Numbered from the stretch's first letter, positions 23,959 to 43,900 are shown. The stretch is 64,000 nt of DNA from Guillardia theta CCMP2712 (GCF_000315625.1 NW_005434567.1:143515-207514), one strand, 5' to 3'. Numbers and translations are program-made. The notes: generated by a model from the sequence alone, not told the origin.

Positions 23959-26441
23959 AGACACAAGGACTTGGAGGGGGGGAGCAAGAGAATGCGGAGG
24001 AAAGAAGGGGGGGGAGGGAGGAATGGGAGTAGGAAAGGATAAGCTTGGCAACGTAGTGATGACTCTTGGCAGTGTCTGGAAGGAGTTTGGCCTGTTCAAG
24101 CAGAAGCTCAGGATCGAATATTTTCGCAAGTTCAGGGAGACTGTTCCGGCAACTGAGACGCAGCCAGCACGCGTAAGTCACGTCACCCTGCCCCACATCG
24201 TCTTCCCCATTCCCTCCTTGGTTGTTCAAAAGCCTCTTCTCCCCTCTTGCACTTTAGTATCAACCTTTCTTTTCCAATCTCCTCCCCTCCCCTCCTCTCT
24301 CCTCCCCTCCCCTCTGTTCTCTTCCTTCCCCTCCTCCCCTCCCCTTTGTCCTCTCCCCTCCCCTCCCATCCCCGTCTCTACCCTTCTCGTCTCGTCTCTC
24401 CTCTCCTGCCTTCCGTCCACCTTGCTCCTTCTATCTCCTCCTCTCCTCTCCTCTCCTCTCCTCTCCTCTCCTCTCCTCTCCGCTTTACTCCTGTCTTCTT
24501 CACCTCTCTTGTCTTCTTGGCATCTAGTCCCCTCGGCTCTCCTTTCTCTTGAATCATGGGAAGCAAAACAGGGAAGGTCTGACCTAGCTGCAGGGTGTGG
24601 ACCATATCTTCGTACAGCAAGGCTGCTACGAGGTCAGTAGAACTCTGGACGATCGAGGAGGGCAGAGAAGCGCAGAATAGAAGGGGGAGAAAAGGGAGGA
24701 GAATGGGGAGGACAGGAATGAGGAGGATGATGAGGAAGAAGGGGGAGGGGGGAGCAGAAGGATTGAGAAGGGAGGAAAGTGCGAGGAGAGAGAAGGATTG
24801 AAGGAGGAGGAGTTGACGGGGAGAGGGGAGGAGGAGAGGAGAGGGGTTGACGCTGGAGCGCAGAGGCACGGCATGTATGGGCACAACGACGATCTGATGA
24901 GGTTCGCGCTCTTGTCATGGGCGGCGCTAGAGGCCCCGTTCTCCGTGGAGTGCGACGGGTCGGTGTACGGAGATGACGTCATCTTCCTGGTCAACGACTG
25001 GATGGTGGGACTTGTCCCCTTGATCATGACATCGCACTACCGGAGGTACGGCTGCTACAAGCAAGCTCGCACAGTCTTCGATATCCACAACATGGGCTAC
25101 TGCGGAAACTTCCCAGTCGTCGATCCGCACGACCTGGGACTGCCCGACGGCGCCTACTACGACAAGCTGTTCCACGACCGGCAGATCAAGCTGCTCAAGG
25201 GAGGGATCGAGATGGCGGACAGGGTCGTGACGGTGTCGCCGAGCTACAGGGACGAGATCATCACTGTGGAGGGAGGATGGGGACTGCAGGACACGTGCAG
25301 AGGACGCTTCCCGCACCTTGACGGAGTTCTCAATGGCATCGACTGTGACGAGTGGAACCCTGAGACCGATCGCTTCCTCTCTGCCAAGTGCCAGGGGTAC
25401 GACAACTTCTTCAACAAGGACGACACGACGGGCAAGCGATCCTGCAAGCTCCACCTGCAGAACTGCATGGGGCTGAGGGAGGACCCCAACATCCCCATCG
25501 TCGCCTTCATCGGGCGCCTTGCGTACCAGAAGGGTATCGATGTGATCGAGTCGATCTTCCCCTGGCTCATGAACGGCGACCATGCCGGAGTCACGGGGTA
25601 CGTGCAGGTGGTCATGATGGGGACGGGAGACGAGAAGTACGCAAGGTTTCTGAGAGACGCGGAGAACCACAACAAGGGGAGGGTGGCTGGTTTCGTAGGC
25701 TTCACCTCCGAGCTCGAGCACAAGATCATAGCAGCAGCAGATATCATTCTCATGCCCTCCAGGTACGAGCCCTGCGGCCTCCCGCAGATGTATGCGCAGA
25801 GGTACGGGACTGTGCCGGTAGTGCATGCCACGGGAGGGTTGAAAGATTCTGTGATACAGTACGACCCCTTCCAGGTAAAGGAAATTCCTCCCTCCCTCCC
25901 TCCCTCCCTCCCTCCCTCCCTCCCTCCCTCCTCCCTCCTCCCTCCTCTCTCCTCCCTCCTCTCTCCCTCCCTCTCCTCCCTCCCTCCTTGTCGCCTCCTC
26001 CACATCTCTCTCCATTCTCTCTTCTTTTCGTTACATTCTCCCCCTCGATTCTCCCCCTCCTCCCTCCTCCCTCCTCCCTCCTCCCTCCTCCCTCCTCCCT
26101 CCTCTCTCCTCCCTCCTCTCTCCCTCCCTCACTACTCCCTACTCCGTACTTCTTCCTCCCTTCCTCCCTTACTTCTTCCTCCTCCCTCCTCTCGCCCTCG
26201 TCTCACTCCCTCGCAGAACACAGGAACAGGATGGAAGTTCGACTGCTGTGACGCCGAGGGCCTCAAGTACGGCCTTTGGAACGCGCTCAACACGTACAAG
26301 AACCACAAGGACGCATGGGCCGGGATCGTGCGGAGGTGCATGGAGCAAGACTTCTCGTGGGAGCGATCGGCAAAGAGATACGTTGAGATCTTCAAGTGGG
26401 CGAGGATGGACCCTCCGTTCCATCAGCCCATCCCCTTCTGA
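22925..26441 (+). CDS. Starch/glycogen synthase (GT5) with signal peptide and transit-like leader
   Basis: Six exons (about 22925-23518, 23782-23861, 24073-24172, 24594-24632, 24864-25873, 26217-26441). Motifs SEVAPFSKSGGLADV, GHRVMTVAPLY, NDW, IHNMGYCG, NGID, FIGRLAYQKG, MPSRYEPCGL, TGGLKDSV, DFSWERSA. Leader MKLLLVALAVIGSCSG. Confidence 0.93.
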
Positions 26442-26822
26442 GGTGGAGAGGAGGAGGGAGAAGGGGGAGGGGAGGGGAGGAGGAGAGGGGAGAAGGGGGA
26501 GAGGAAGGGAGGAGAGGAGGAGGTGGTGGAAGGTGGTGGAGTAGATACGGGTGTTCTTATTGTTTTACAAGCACGGATATATAAATAGTTTGTTGTGTGA
26601 GTGAGGAAAGTATTGGGGGAGAGGAGCGAGGGAACGAGCAAGACAGGAGGGAGGAGGGAGAGGAGAATCAAGAGGGATGGAGAGGGCAGAGGAGGGACAA
26701 CACAGGATACTGAGGAAGGAAGAGAGAGGGAAAGGAGGGAATGGGTAGTAGATCACAAGGAGAAAGTTGGGATGTCGTCGGTAGACATCAAGATTTCTAC
26801 TAGATTTATTGTTCTTTCGAAA

Positions 26823-32953
<6,131 letters not shown>

Positions 32954-33149
32954 AGCATCCTATTCCAAAGATCGCCACGAAACCCTATGGTATATTGTCA
33001 ACTCTTCACTCCTCTTCCTCCCCTCCTCCTCCCCCTCCTTCCTCCTTGCCTACACGTGGTTAGATTCTCAACTCGTCCTCTTCCTCCCTTCTCTCTCCCC
33101 TTCCCCTCCCCTTCCCCTCCCCTCTCCTGCCTTCGTTACTGCCATCCTT

Positions 33150-35470
33150 CCCCGTCACTGGTGCCAGTCGACCGTCGGGCCCCGGTCCGTGGGCCCGTCG
33201 TTCAGCCGTGTACCGTAGCGTAGCCGGTCCGTCCGCGGGGCCGGCAGCCCGGCGGCCGGGGAGCGGCCGGGGAGCCTGCCGCCTGACGTACCGCGGCGCC
33301 GCACTGCGCAGGCGGCGGGGGCAGCGGCCTTCACTGTCGGTCACCGCCTGAGTCCGCGACGGACGGCGGCGGGCCGCCGCCGGGCGGCCGGCCGGGCCGG
33401 GGCCCCCGGGCCCCCGGCAGTGCCGCGGCCACGGTGCCAGTACGGTGTGTGCAGTGCCGCAGCGGGCCGCTGCCAGCCTGGCAGTACACCCGGCCATACC
33501 GTACCGTAGTACCAGCCTGGCAGGCTATGGCGGGCCGGGCCCCCCGCCGCCGCCGGACTCGACTCGGACCCGGAGTCAGTTGCCAGGCTGCGGCCAGCCC
33601 CTCGGCAGTTCAACCGGGTTATTCACTTGAAATTGAAGTTAAGTTAAAGATCAGCCTGTGCCGGTACTACGGTACGAGGACAATCAGGAGATTCGAGGCC
33701 CGAGGCTTGACCCGGGGCCCTGCCACCGTGCGGCCGCTCAGTCACCGACGGACTCACGCCGTCCGATCATCGCCCCGCTGCGCCCCGGGTGCCAGGATCG
33801 GACTCAGTGGCCAACTTGACGGCAAGCCGCGCTGATCATCGGATCCGCCGCCGGCGGACTCCAGTGAGTGGCACCGTCAGTGTCGGCACTCGGAGGGCCG
33901 GCCCGGGGCCCGGGGCCGGGACTGACTCCCGTCGGACGGTCCGAGCCCGGCGCGGACCGTGCCGTGTCCGATCAGGCTCCGAGTCCGACGGCCGTACTAC
34001 GCAGCCCCCCGGCCCCGCCGCCGGAACTCGCCGGCGCCCGGCGCGTCGGCCCCGGGCAGGCTCCGAGTCTCGGAACTGCCCTGGCATTGTCCACGCCGTA
34101 CTGATTTTTAACTTAACTTTGAGTAAACAGTTTGTAGGAGTCATCCAATCATGCGGCAGGGCCCTTCAAGTCACGCCAACTTGCTTGGCTGGTCCATGAC
34201 GGTCACGTTACTCTTACTACGTTGTATCTTGTAAGTCAATTTAGTGGTACCAAGAAAACAATGAAGCAGAGGGATCGAGATCGCGGGAGATAGGCGGCAA
34301 TCTCAACGATTCGGCGTTCCGCCCGTCACACGACTCAAGCATCTACACCACCCTACCCCATCTCATTCAGCAGATTTCACAGGAATCTGTGGGGTCATCT
34401 GATCGGACTGTGGAGATCGAAATGTATCTCTGGGGCACCGGGCCCGTCATGAGCTGACTCGGTCAACGAGGGGGTGGGGATATCCCCCAACCAGGGACGA
34501 GAAAAGGTGGGGGTGGTTTACACCCTACTTTTTTACGTCATTCGTACCGGTTCTAAGAGGAGTTCACTATTTACCTGGTAGTCAAAATAGCGACCTTGTG
34601 GGTAAGGGTGGGTCATTGTAGGGGTCACGTTGACCGATCAATGCGCAGTCCAGGTCGGATCGCCTATCTACCAGTGGGTAGAATGAGGTGAACGAGGGGG
34701 TGGAGGTAGTCTTTCGCCCCCATTTATTTATAAAACCTTATATTGAAAAACAATTATTTCCTCTCCATGGCCCCCGCCTCATCTCACCCCCACCCCTCTT
34801 TCTAGGCTTCCTAGGTCCTACCTACCCATGTCAATCAATGTCTTCTTGAGTGACTACCCCTCTGTTCCCGATCATTCTTCAGGTGATATATGTACCCCAC
34901 CCTACTTTTGACTCCCTCAGACTGAACCACCTACCCTACGAAGGTTCCCAATCAAACCTACGTCGCTTGACTTCTGTCCCCAGGTACGTCCTCCATCAAC
35001 ACCCCCACCCCTACATTTCCCTGCAACCATCCCTGGCAGTCCCTGCACATTACCCCACCCCACCACTCATAAACATCCCTTTTATGTACTGCACTCCCAT
35101 GACCTACCACCCCCTTGTGCTCAGGTTCCGACTACCCAAGTCCGAAAAACTCTATTCCGCCAGTACGCAACTCATCGTACCCCCTCTCTCCATTGATAAA
35201 TGACCGGTAGTATTTGCACCAGACCCCTTCGGGATGACGTAATCAAGTTCCGGAGGCCTCCGGACCGGTGGATTCATGATACCACCGGTCAGGTGGTCCT
35301 TCCACACACACGGGGTGGTTGTCAGTACTGGTACCCCCACCTACTTTGAGACTGGAACAGTACCCTACCAGTGCTCGATTGGTTTGTATCTACACGTGTA
35401 TAACCCACCATGCCATAGGTAGGTTGCTGTAGACCTACGCAACACCTGGGACCTTTTCCTAGGACATCGC
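33150..35470. other. Intergenic island: GC-rich core, then GGGT-rich, then ACCC-rich
   Basis: GC core about 33150-34100 containing two inverted copies of the dispersed repeat. G-skew about 34440-34710, C-skew about 34770-35200. Confidence 0.7.
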
Positions 35471-35724
35471 ACTACACAGTCATCTATGACCAAATGTATA
35501 GTATATAGCAGTGACTCCGAGAATTTTCAAGAAGGGGTGTTAGTGGTTAATATGGGGCAGAGTAGTATCTCCAAAGCTAAATATTGGTATTGAAAAGTTT
35601 TAGCTATATATTTCTCCGTAGACCAAACAAGAGTCCAAACTTCATTTCTCCAAGGGGAATGTCAACGGCTACCCCCTGACGGAAACTGGAAAACTCCCTT
35701 TAACCAGTAGGTTGTACGGGGGAT

Positions 35725-36308
35725 ATGGATCCGTCTGCTTGCAGTGAGGAGGTCGACTTGAAGACGAGCAGCAGCAGCAGCAGCAGCAGCCCTTCCCTCT
35801 TCCCTTTTCACCAGCAGCACGCTCGCAGATCGTCGCTGAGGAGCCTCCAAGTCCCTGCCAGAGCGAACTCATTCTTTGAGAGGACGTGTTTTGTGCCCAC
35901 CATCGGAGAATCGGCATTGAAACAAGCTCTTGCTGCCCAGCCATGCCCTTGAACGTGATTCAGGGAAACTCTTCCCAGAGCCCGCAGAGCCACGAGAAGA
36001 GGAGCTCTCCCATGGAGACAACTTCGCACCAGCCTGGAGTAGAGGACGCTCCTTGTACGCCTCCTGCATCACCCAGGAAGCTTGTACAGGCATACGATGA
36101 GAAGAATGTTCCCAAGGCTCCAATGAGGCAGAGGAGGATTGCCCTGCCTATCCCTCTGGAAAAGAAGAGAAAGCTGACGCAGGATATGATCGGGGACGAC
36201 GACATCCTGCTGCCTCCGATTGAGGGCAAGGCCTCGATGCCTGCACGGATCAACGTGGAGGATGCAATTGAGATGATCCTGCGCGGAAAGTTCAGGAGGT
36301 TGGTCTGA
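35725..36308 (+). CDS. Small Ser/Pro-rich basic protein (probably two exons)
   Basis: Exon 1 MDPSACSEEV...SFFER. Exon 2 from about 35964: NSSQSPQS...CTPPASPRKL...PKAPMRQRR...KKRKL...EDAIEMILRGKFRRLV*. Confidence 0.55.
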
Positions 36309-36830
36309 GGATCGTCGAAGCCTTCCTGATTGATTGATTGATTGATTGATTGTTCCTGTAGAAGTCCTTGACTTCTTTTGTATAACTAACTGATACCTGC
36401 CCGTAATTGAACTGTAGTAAGAGTTAACCTTCGTGGAGAAGTCATTAAATGGCCTAAACTAACACAGCCGGTTGTTGTTCGCTTACCCTTCGATCTTGGT
36501 TTTTGTCAAGGATACGGGAGATTGCTCCCTGTTTCTGATGTGTTTGTCCCTTTGCGGGTACTTCGTTGCGGATGTTCCGGGACTTTGTTCTTATCAAAGT
36601 GCAACAAAGAAACACTGTTCGAAATCTTGTTATGAGGAGATCTAATCTTGAATAGACCAGCGCGACGTAATCTTTCTCTACTATCGAACAAAGTTGATGA
36701 AGGTGGTTGATATCTGAGGTGTGAGAAGGTAACAGGACGACAAAATTTTCATGTAAACAAGAATAAACAGCGAACAGGCTTTCACAACATCTACCTTTTT
36801 GCCGGACCATCTGGACTGGCGCAGCGATCA

Positions 36831-39252
36831 TCACTGGCTCGTAGGAATCTCTAGTCCAATCAGGCGCATGGCATGCGACCTCGCCATGGCCGCAACTTGT
36901 AGCAGCTTCCTCATCTGCATCTTCCCTAGCAGTGCGATCGATCTCAGACGGGTCAACTGCCGGCCTGCAGGAGTGATGAGGGGCTGAGAGCTCACGAAGT
37001 TCTCCTCCTCACCCGCTCGCTGCTCTCTCTTCTCCTTCCACAGCTCTCCCAGTTGCGCTCTTGTCATGTTGACGTTTTGCAGGCAGAGTGCACTGGAGCA
37101 GGGGGCCGTCAGTTGTCAACGCAACCTCATGCGGCTTCGCCGCCGCGTCGACTCACCGAAGTGACAACCATGCTCGAGCTTCCAGCTGCTCATCGTCCAG
37201 GGCAGCAATGCAGCATGGTGAAGAGCCGTTGCGGCAACTGGCAGCCATGACATCAAGGGATGCGACGTGTGCACGCAGGCGGCACAGAACTCTGCGATAG
37301 GATTTGTCAATGGACGGAATGATCTCAGTCGAGTCATGGAAGGATTGTCAAGACAGCAGAGCGTGAAGGAGGTTGTTCTTGCGAGGAATGAAGATGTCGA
37401 AGACGATCCCATGATAGGCAACTGGTTACCTGGATCGCGCCAGGTCATTCTTATGCCCGAGCCAGTCGCCGGGTTGCTGCCATCGGTCATCAGGCACAAT
37501 GAAGTTGCGCAGCTATTGGAGCCTCTCACCCTTGCTATCTCTTGAAAGACTGTTGCGCCTGTGATTCCAGCAAGCAACGAAAGCTTCTACATCACCAATC
37601 ACGTTAACTCGGCAAAGACGAGAACAAGGCAAAGGTAGCTGAACAAGAGCATCAAGAGCATCATCGTAAGATCTTCCTCTTCCTTCTTATCCTTTTCCCT
37701 CTCTCCTCCTCCTCCTCCTCCTCCTCCTCCTCCTCCTCCTCAGATAAGCACGATCGCCATTCCTACCTCCTTTAATGCCGGGCCAAAGATCTGCTCCTCT
37801 TGGGCAAAGCTTATCCAACCAGCAGCATACAACTGATCGTCAAAGATCCCTGCTCGAAGTCAGAAGCCAAAGTAACAAAAGAAAACCAGCAGGCAGGCAG
37901 GCACGAACGCACGCACGCACACACGCACGCACGCACGCATTCCTCACCGTATCGGAAGAGGAACTCCTCTGCCGTCATCGACCAGGTGTACGCATGGCAG
38001 ACTTGCTGCCCTGCTAAGAACGATCTCCCAGCGTACAGTCTCACACTGAAATCCTCCCCATCTGGCTGCTCCAGCACCCAAACCCCCTTGGCTTCCCTGC
38101 AGTGATTGACCTTATCCAAGTACGGGACCAACATTGGCCTGCTGGTGCGGAGGGAGCGATGAGGCCAGCAACTGCACGTCTTCTCTACCGCGGGTTGCTG
38201 TGATGTCTGACGTAGCAAGCAATCTGACCTTGCAAGCGCTGGGTTGCTGTCGAAGCTCGTATTCGTATGCAAAGAGTGCTGGGACCTCCCTCCAAGAGGA
38301 ACAGGAATACCTCCCAGCAGGCTGCTCCTGGTCATCGGGTATGGCGGGGGATGGCGAGAGCTCGGGCTCAGCGGAACATTAAAGAATCTTGATATGAAGA
38401 GCGCCCAGCACCTCAAGAAGAATTCTTGACTGACCGTCCTGCCGCAATCCTCAGGATGAACCCATGGGGAAACAGGGGAGGAGCCCCAGGCTACCTCGGA
38501 AGCGCTTGCGGCATCAATCTTTGCACACTGTCAAGCAGCCTCCTCAGTCTCCCAACAACCTCCGTACGCAGCTGCTCCAGGCCCGTCGCTCTGAGCATCT
38601 GCCCTAACAGGTGACTCGCCCTAACTGAGAAGAAACTCACCTACCGCGCCGTCCTCTTCCCCCCAGTAGATGATGCTGTCAAGTTGATCTTGCGACGGGA
38701 GGGTGGAGAAGTAGAAAGAGAAGGAGGAGCTGTTCCCCTTAGCAAGCTCCGACGTGAAGTACCTGCATTCAACTTAACCCCACTCTCTCCATTGATCGTC
38801 TCCTACGTTAGAAGAGCGAGTTCCTCCGCATTCAGAGCAAAACCGCGGGGCCAGTCCTGCTTCATCCATCACCAGACATTCTTGCTGAGGGGCAGGTGCT
38901 TCCTTCATACCTCGAACTCTCGTCGCACAAACTCCTCAACTCTTGTTGTCATGGAGCCCATGTGCTCATGCGGGATGTTATCAGCAGACATGACACATCT
39001 GTAAGGGATCGAGAGGATCATCTCCCCTCTATGAATGTTCCTCACAGCCATCATGCTCTCTTGACCGTCTACCCGTTGGATCCTCAGAGCACTTGTCCCT
39101 GTCAAGTCCCCGCATGCATTCGTCGGCATGCTTCGGTGCCGAGCTGAGCATGATGCCAGGCTGAGCGGCATGACGAACAAGACCATGACGAACAAGACCA
39201 TAACATGAGCTGCCCTTGCTACCGCCTTCTCCACAGCTAGCACTGAGACCAT
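36831..39252 (-). CDS. SET-domain protein-lysine methyltransferase (Rubisco LSMT/SETD3/SETD6-like) with signal-peptide-like leader, multi-exon
   Basis: MMAVRNIHRGEMILSIPYRCVMS; WALFISRFF; MLVPYLDKVNH; RSFLAGQQVCHAY..EEFLFRYG; helical C-terminal exon at 36831-37070. Confidence 0.78.
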
Positions 39253-40399
39253 GGGGCTCTGCCGAGTTCTGTGGCACTTTCAGACGGGTCCCCCCATCCT
39301 TCTATTCCTCCTCTCCCTCCTTCATGGCGACGAGGTAGAAAATATCATGAGGGGGTGCTGAAAATCGTCGAATTACCGCGATTCATTTGTTTCCTGCAGT
39401 GGAAGAATTTCGAGAGATTGAATCAATTCTTCGAATCCAAACATGCTCACAAGCTGATTTCAACCTTCTTTCAAACTCTCCCTTCCATCGATCGGCATCT
39501 GATTCCATCATTGAGCTCGTCTGTCGAGTAGAGTGACTCTCCCTCCACTGATCACCTCTTCTCCTTCCGCTCTCCTTCCCCTCTCTTTTCCTTTGCTCGC
39601 CGTCCTCCCTCCCTCTCTTCTTCCACCTCCTCCTCCCTCCTCCCTCGCCCTTCCATGCATCCCCACAAAGTCCTGAAGTCTTCACGGAAGAAGAGCACAA
39701 AAAACTATTTGAGCTCAATCAATATATGTTATCATGATTATCTTACTAAGTTACTTCGAGATGGTAGTGGTGATCGTGAGTAGGGGTACACACTCACAAA
39801 TCGTCTTTCATCACGGGTATATTTCACTGTTTTTGATGGGTAATTTATATGGTGGGGTACTTCAATCACCCGTCCTCCCTGGAAATGAAGGGGTGATACA
39901 GCAAGGAACTTGCTACTCTCCAAGTGGGATTAGAATGGGGTATCTGGTGTGTTTGACGGGGTACTATAAGAAAAGTACCCCCAATTACACCTCGCAAAAA
40001 TGGTTTATGAGGGGGGTACTCCAACAAAAATGGGGGTACTTGTCCGGGAGAGATGGGTGCTCTCTTGGCTCGAGGGTGGGTAATATAGCGAAGGGTCAGG
40101 ATCCCAAAGGTCACATAGCAATGGTGAGCGGCGAAGGGAGGTGCATGCAGGATTGACGGCGATGCGCATCTGTTCGCGAGATGATGCATGGACAATCGTT
40201 TCTTATAATACATGATGTTGTGAAGTGAGGTCGTCTGTGCCATGGGATGTGTTGATCGCTCAGATGCATCATGAAGCTGCTTCATGCATTCTTCGATAGG
40301 GATAACGTTTCCGTTCGTTTCCTGTTCATGTGACTGGAATGTTCATCGTGACTGTGCTCTGTTTCTCTCATCCCTTTATCTGAAAAACTATCTCAGCAT

Positions 40400-43300
40400 A
40401 TGACAATCATGCGAATGCGTGTCTTTGTTCCAAGTCTTCTCCTTGTGGGGCTGCAACTTGTTACGATGCTTCGTGTTGTTTTTATGTAAATTTGTATGAA
40501 GCACAGTTGATCACCGGAACAACAAGGTGCTCTGTAACATTGCATGATTCCTCTTGGAGTCACTTTTTGTCTTCTGCTCGTGTGATTTTGTGTGTTCATC
40601 ACCTTGTTTGCGCATATGTTGCAGGCAAAATGCTGAGAAATGAAAATGATCGAACTGGTGTGACAGGTCTGGAGTGTAGAAACCGGTCTTGACAACGCGC
40701 AAGCCATCGGCGCTGCCGTTCCTCAGCGCATCACCACCTTGATGGCTGCTCCCATCCCTCAGCAGACCACCATGTACGAGGAGATAGCCTCGTGCGAGCG
40801 TTGCTGAGAGCTTGTTCAGGTTGAACTGGGCCAACCTGTCTGAGCGCGCACAGAAGATCAAGGGACTTAACTTCTGCGCCTCCCAGTTCGTCACTGAGGA
40901 CGAGGTTGAATAGTGTGTTGTTCCAGGGGATGATGAGATGACTGTGCTGAACAGGTCAAGTACTGCGTTGCCAAGCTGTTCTCCGGCGACGTCAAGTTTG
41001 CTACCATGGCAGACTATTAAACGACATCTATGATATCTTCCTTTAGTTTTGACAAACAGACTCTTCCGGATCCAAACTTGTCGGGTGTTGGAAACACTGC
41101 AATAAAAGACTTTGACAACAGTCATAGCTCATGTTTGATCCTTTATTTTAGTTGATTGGCTGATGTGGTGGCGAGAGTTTCTCATCTAGCTAAAGCTCTT
41201 GTTCCCTTGGTGACAGAGACGAAATCTCCCTATTCGACTCCAACATGCTGATCTTCTTGGCAAGGATCCGAACCTGAGTGCACTTTCACGAAGGGAGGGA
41301 TAAGCTTTAGGGATCCGCCAAGTACCTTTGTTTCAAGCTCTCTCTGCCTCAGCGTCTCATCTTGAACAATCTTCTGTGTTTCCTCCATAACAGCCATGGC
41401 ATCTGTCATCTACATCTCATCAGACTTGTTGAGCAAGTGAGACACGTTCAGGTACTTTGCGCAAAGTAGCTTCGAGCTGGCCATTGATGTAGTGCACAAC
41501 GTTGTCATTGTTCTTTCGAACTTCGTATATAAGAGACTGAGAAATCATTACGCGCACTCCCACCCATTTAAACAGACATGCCGACCTGCTTCAACTGATC
41601 GATTTCGTCCTGAGAGGGGTGCGCTTGGAAGGGTTGTGTGCAAGAGAAGGGCATCTGTAGAGATATCAGTTCAAGTCAGCAGAGCAGGCATGCGAGGCTC
41701 AGTCTCAGCTGCAGGAGGTGCCGGTGGGGTAAGGAGAGGAGGGGGAGGAAGAGCGCAGGTACCGACTGGTCCATCTGGAAGTCATCGGAGAGAATTTCTG
41801 CTGGGTCCGAACCCTCCGGCGCATCCTCCACGTTTCCTCCCTGCGGCCTTGAGCCGTTGATGCCATCGACAACAGCTGCATTGTCAATGTTCGATTCGTG
41901 ATCCCCTAGTGAGGAAGAGGAGGAGGGGGGGCACGGAGGAGGAACAGGCAGGCAGGAAGAAACGTGGAGAGACAGAGACGAAGACAGACACAGACACAGA
42001 CATCAAGATAAAGAGACAGATTGGGAAAGGAAGAAAGTAAGATTGATACTGTCTTTTCGTGATCAAGCAAATCACCTGCCGACTGCGAGGACTGCAACCA
42101 TTCCCTCACCCTTGACTGGGCGGACTCTGAGTGTATAGGCGGAGCCGCCTGCCAGCAGAGAGGAGAGCGGAGAGATTCAGCGGTCATGTCAAGGACAGCA
42201 ACAGCTCAAACAACTGCTCCCGGGGATAAGGAGGAGCGGAAGGAGGGAGAATGCTACTAAGTCTGTCTGTCCCTGACTTGTCTCAACAAGTCAGATCATG
42301 AGACTGTAATACCTTGGGAGAGAGGGAAGGGTTCAGCCTCGGCATGTCCTTGTATCTTCTTACAGTCACCCTCTCCGCATGATCTTGATCCGGACTCTTG
42401 ATCAGAAGCCGTAGGGTAGAGCCCACAGGGCCTGGTGGGACCACTATGATTTACTTGGAGAGGAGGAGGCGAAGAAGGGGGGAAAGAGGAAGATGGAGAG
42501 GGCAAAGGACGAGGACGACGAAGAGCAGGAGGAGCAGGAGGAGGAAGGTGAAGAGGGAAGAGGAGAAGCAGGAGGAGGCTTGCGATTTACCCATGATCAT
42601 CTTGCGTACGTCTTTTAGCTCCAAGTTGAAGACCGCCATGTCATCCACGCTAAGGATCACTGCCCCAGGGAGGATCCCGGCCTGAGCAACAGCGAGGACG
42701 AGAGCGGGAAAGGGAGGGGAGGGGCAAGCCGGGAGTCAGGGACCCGTCGGGTAAGATGTCAACAGCAGCAGCACCTGCTCGGCTGCTCCTCCTGCCTTGG
42801 TATCTTTGACGATGACGTTGCCAAGATTGTTCCGGAAGAGGTGCAGTCCAATCCCGACATTCTCTTCTCCTTCGCTCACTGGAGGCAGCGATCAGACTGG
42901 CGGGGTGTAGTCGAGCAATTACTCGCCAGTGTACTGTGGAAGTGATTTGCTGGAATGGTGAAACATGCTCGAGCTTCTGCAATGAACCATCCGGACATGT
43001 CAAGGTCAAGAACCTCCTAGTGTCTGCTGACCTCCCGCACTCCTCAGGATCGATCCTCACGTGGACCTCAAGTGCTCAGCGGCTCTGCTGAAGAACCATC
43101 CGGGTGAGATGAGAGGACCAGTGTGATGGAGGGATAAGCGAGGCAGCGTGCGTACCGTGTTTGCTGTCAACTCTGTCTTGCTCTTCCAGAGCTCTCAGTC
43201 GTGATGTGACCCAGGAGTCAAGATGAGGTCCTCGATAAGATCGCTCGCTCTCCTGCGGACTCTCCTCGTGTGGTCCACTACACTCAAAGTATAAGTGCCA

Positions 43301-43900
43301 CTGCCTCCATCCTCTATCCCTTCTGCTCATTGCGGGCTCCTTCCCTGATTCCCTCATACCTCCTTCCCTCCGTCTCCCTGCTCACTCTTCTCCTTCTAAC
43401 CCGAGCAACACAGCTCAAATGCTTGACGCAGCCGCAAGTTTCTTTTCTCCTCGTGCACGCTCCTGCGCTTTCCCCCGGCTTCTTCCCCTCCACCTTTGAA
43501 TTTCTCCCACCTCCACCTCCTACCTCCATCCTCCCATCTCAAATCTTTTCAGCCCCTGGCCTGCTCCGCCTAATGATTCCTCCGAGTCAGCCTGAAGATC
43601 TCCTATGCGGCCCTGGATCGACCTCCGTGGTTTCTCTCCTCCCAGCCCTAAGTTCGGAAGTTCCGCCACCTAAGCTGCGACTTTCTAGCGGGCAGCTTGC
43701 AAGCGTGTTCCAAGTTCCTATCGCTCTTCTACTGTCCTTCTCCTGCGCCAGGCTCATCCTGCCAGGTAGATGATGCTGCCAAGTTCCTCAACGTGTCGCA
43801 GTGCCCTGCCCCTGCTCTGGGAGTCCCGCAGGCTGACCTGACTCAGCCTCGGTCCTCCTCTACAGTACCTCCTCCTCCTCACTGAGTCCTCCCTCCCTCC
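40400..43900 (-). CDS. Multi-exon hypothetical gene, partly coiled-coil; boundaries unresolved
   Basis: Series of coding-like blocks with splice sites (ILSVDDMAVFNLELKDVRKMIMG; MEETQKIVQDETLRQRELETK; VRILAKKISMLE; LDVAGEQLGNAVLDLFSTV). No family recognised. Confidence 0.45.

Noticed and set aside
24927-26015. 362-aa and 253-aa antisense ORFs over the starch synthase
   Set aside because: Shadow frames caused by GC3-rich codon usage.
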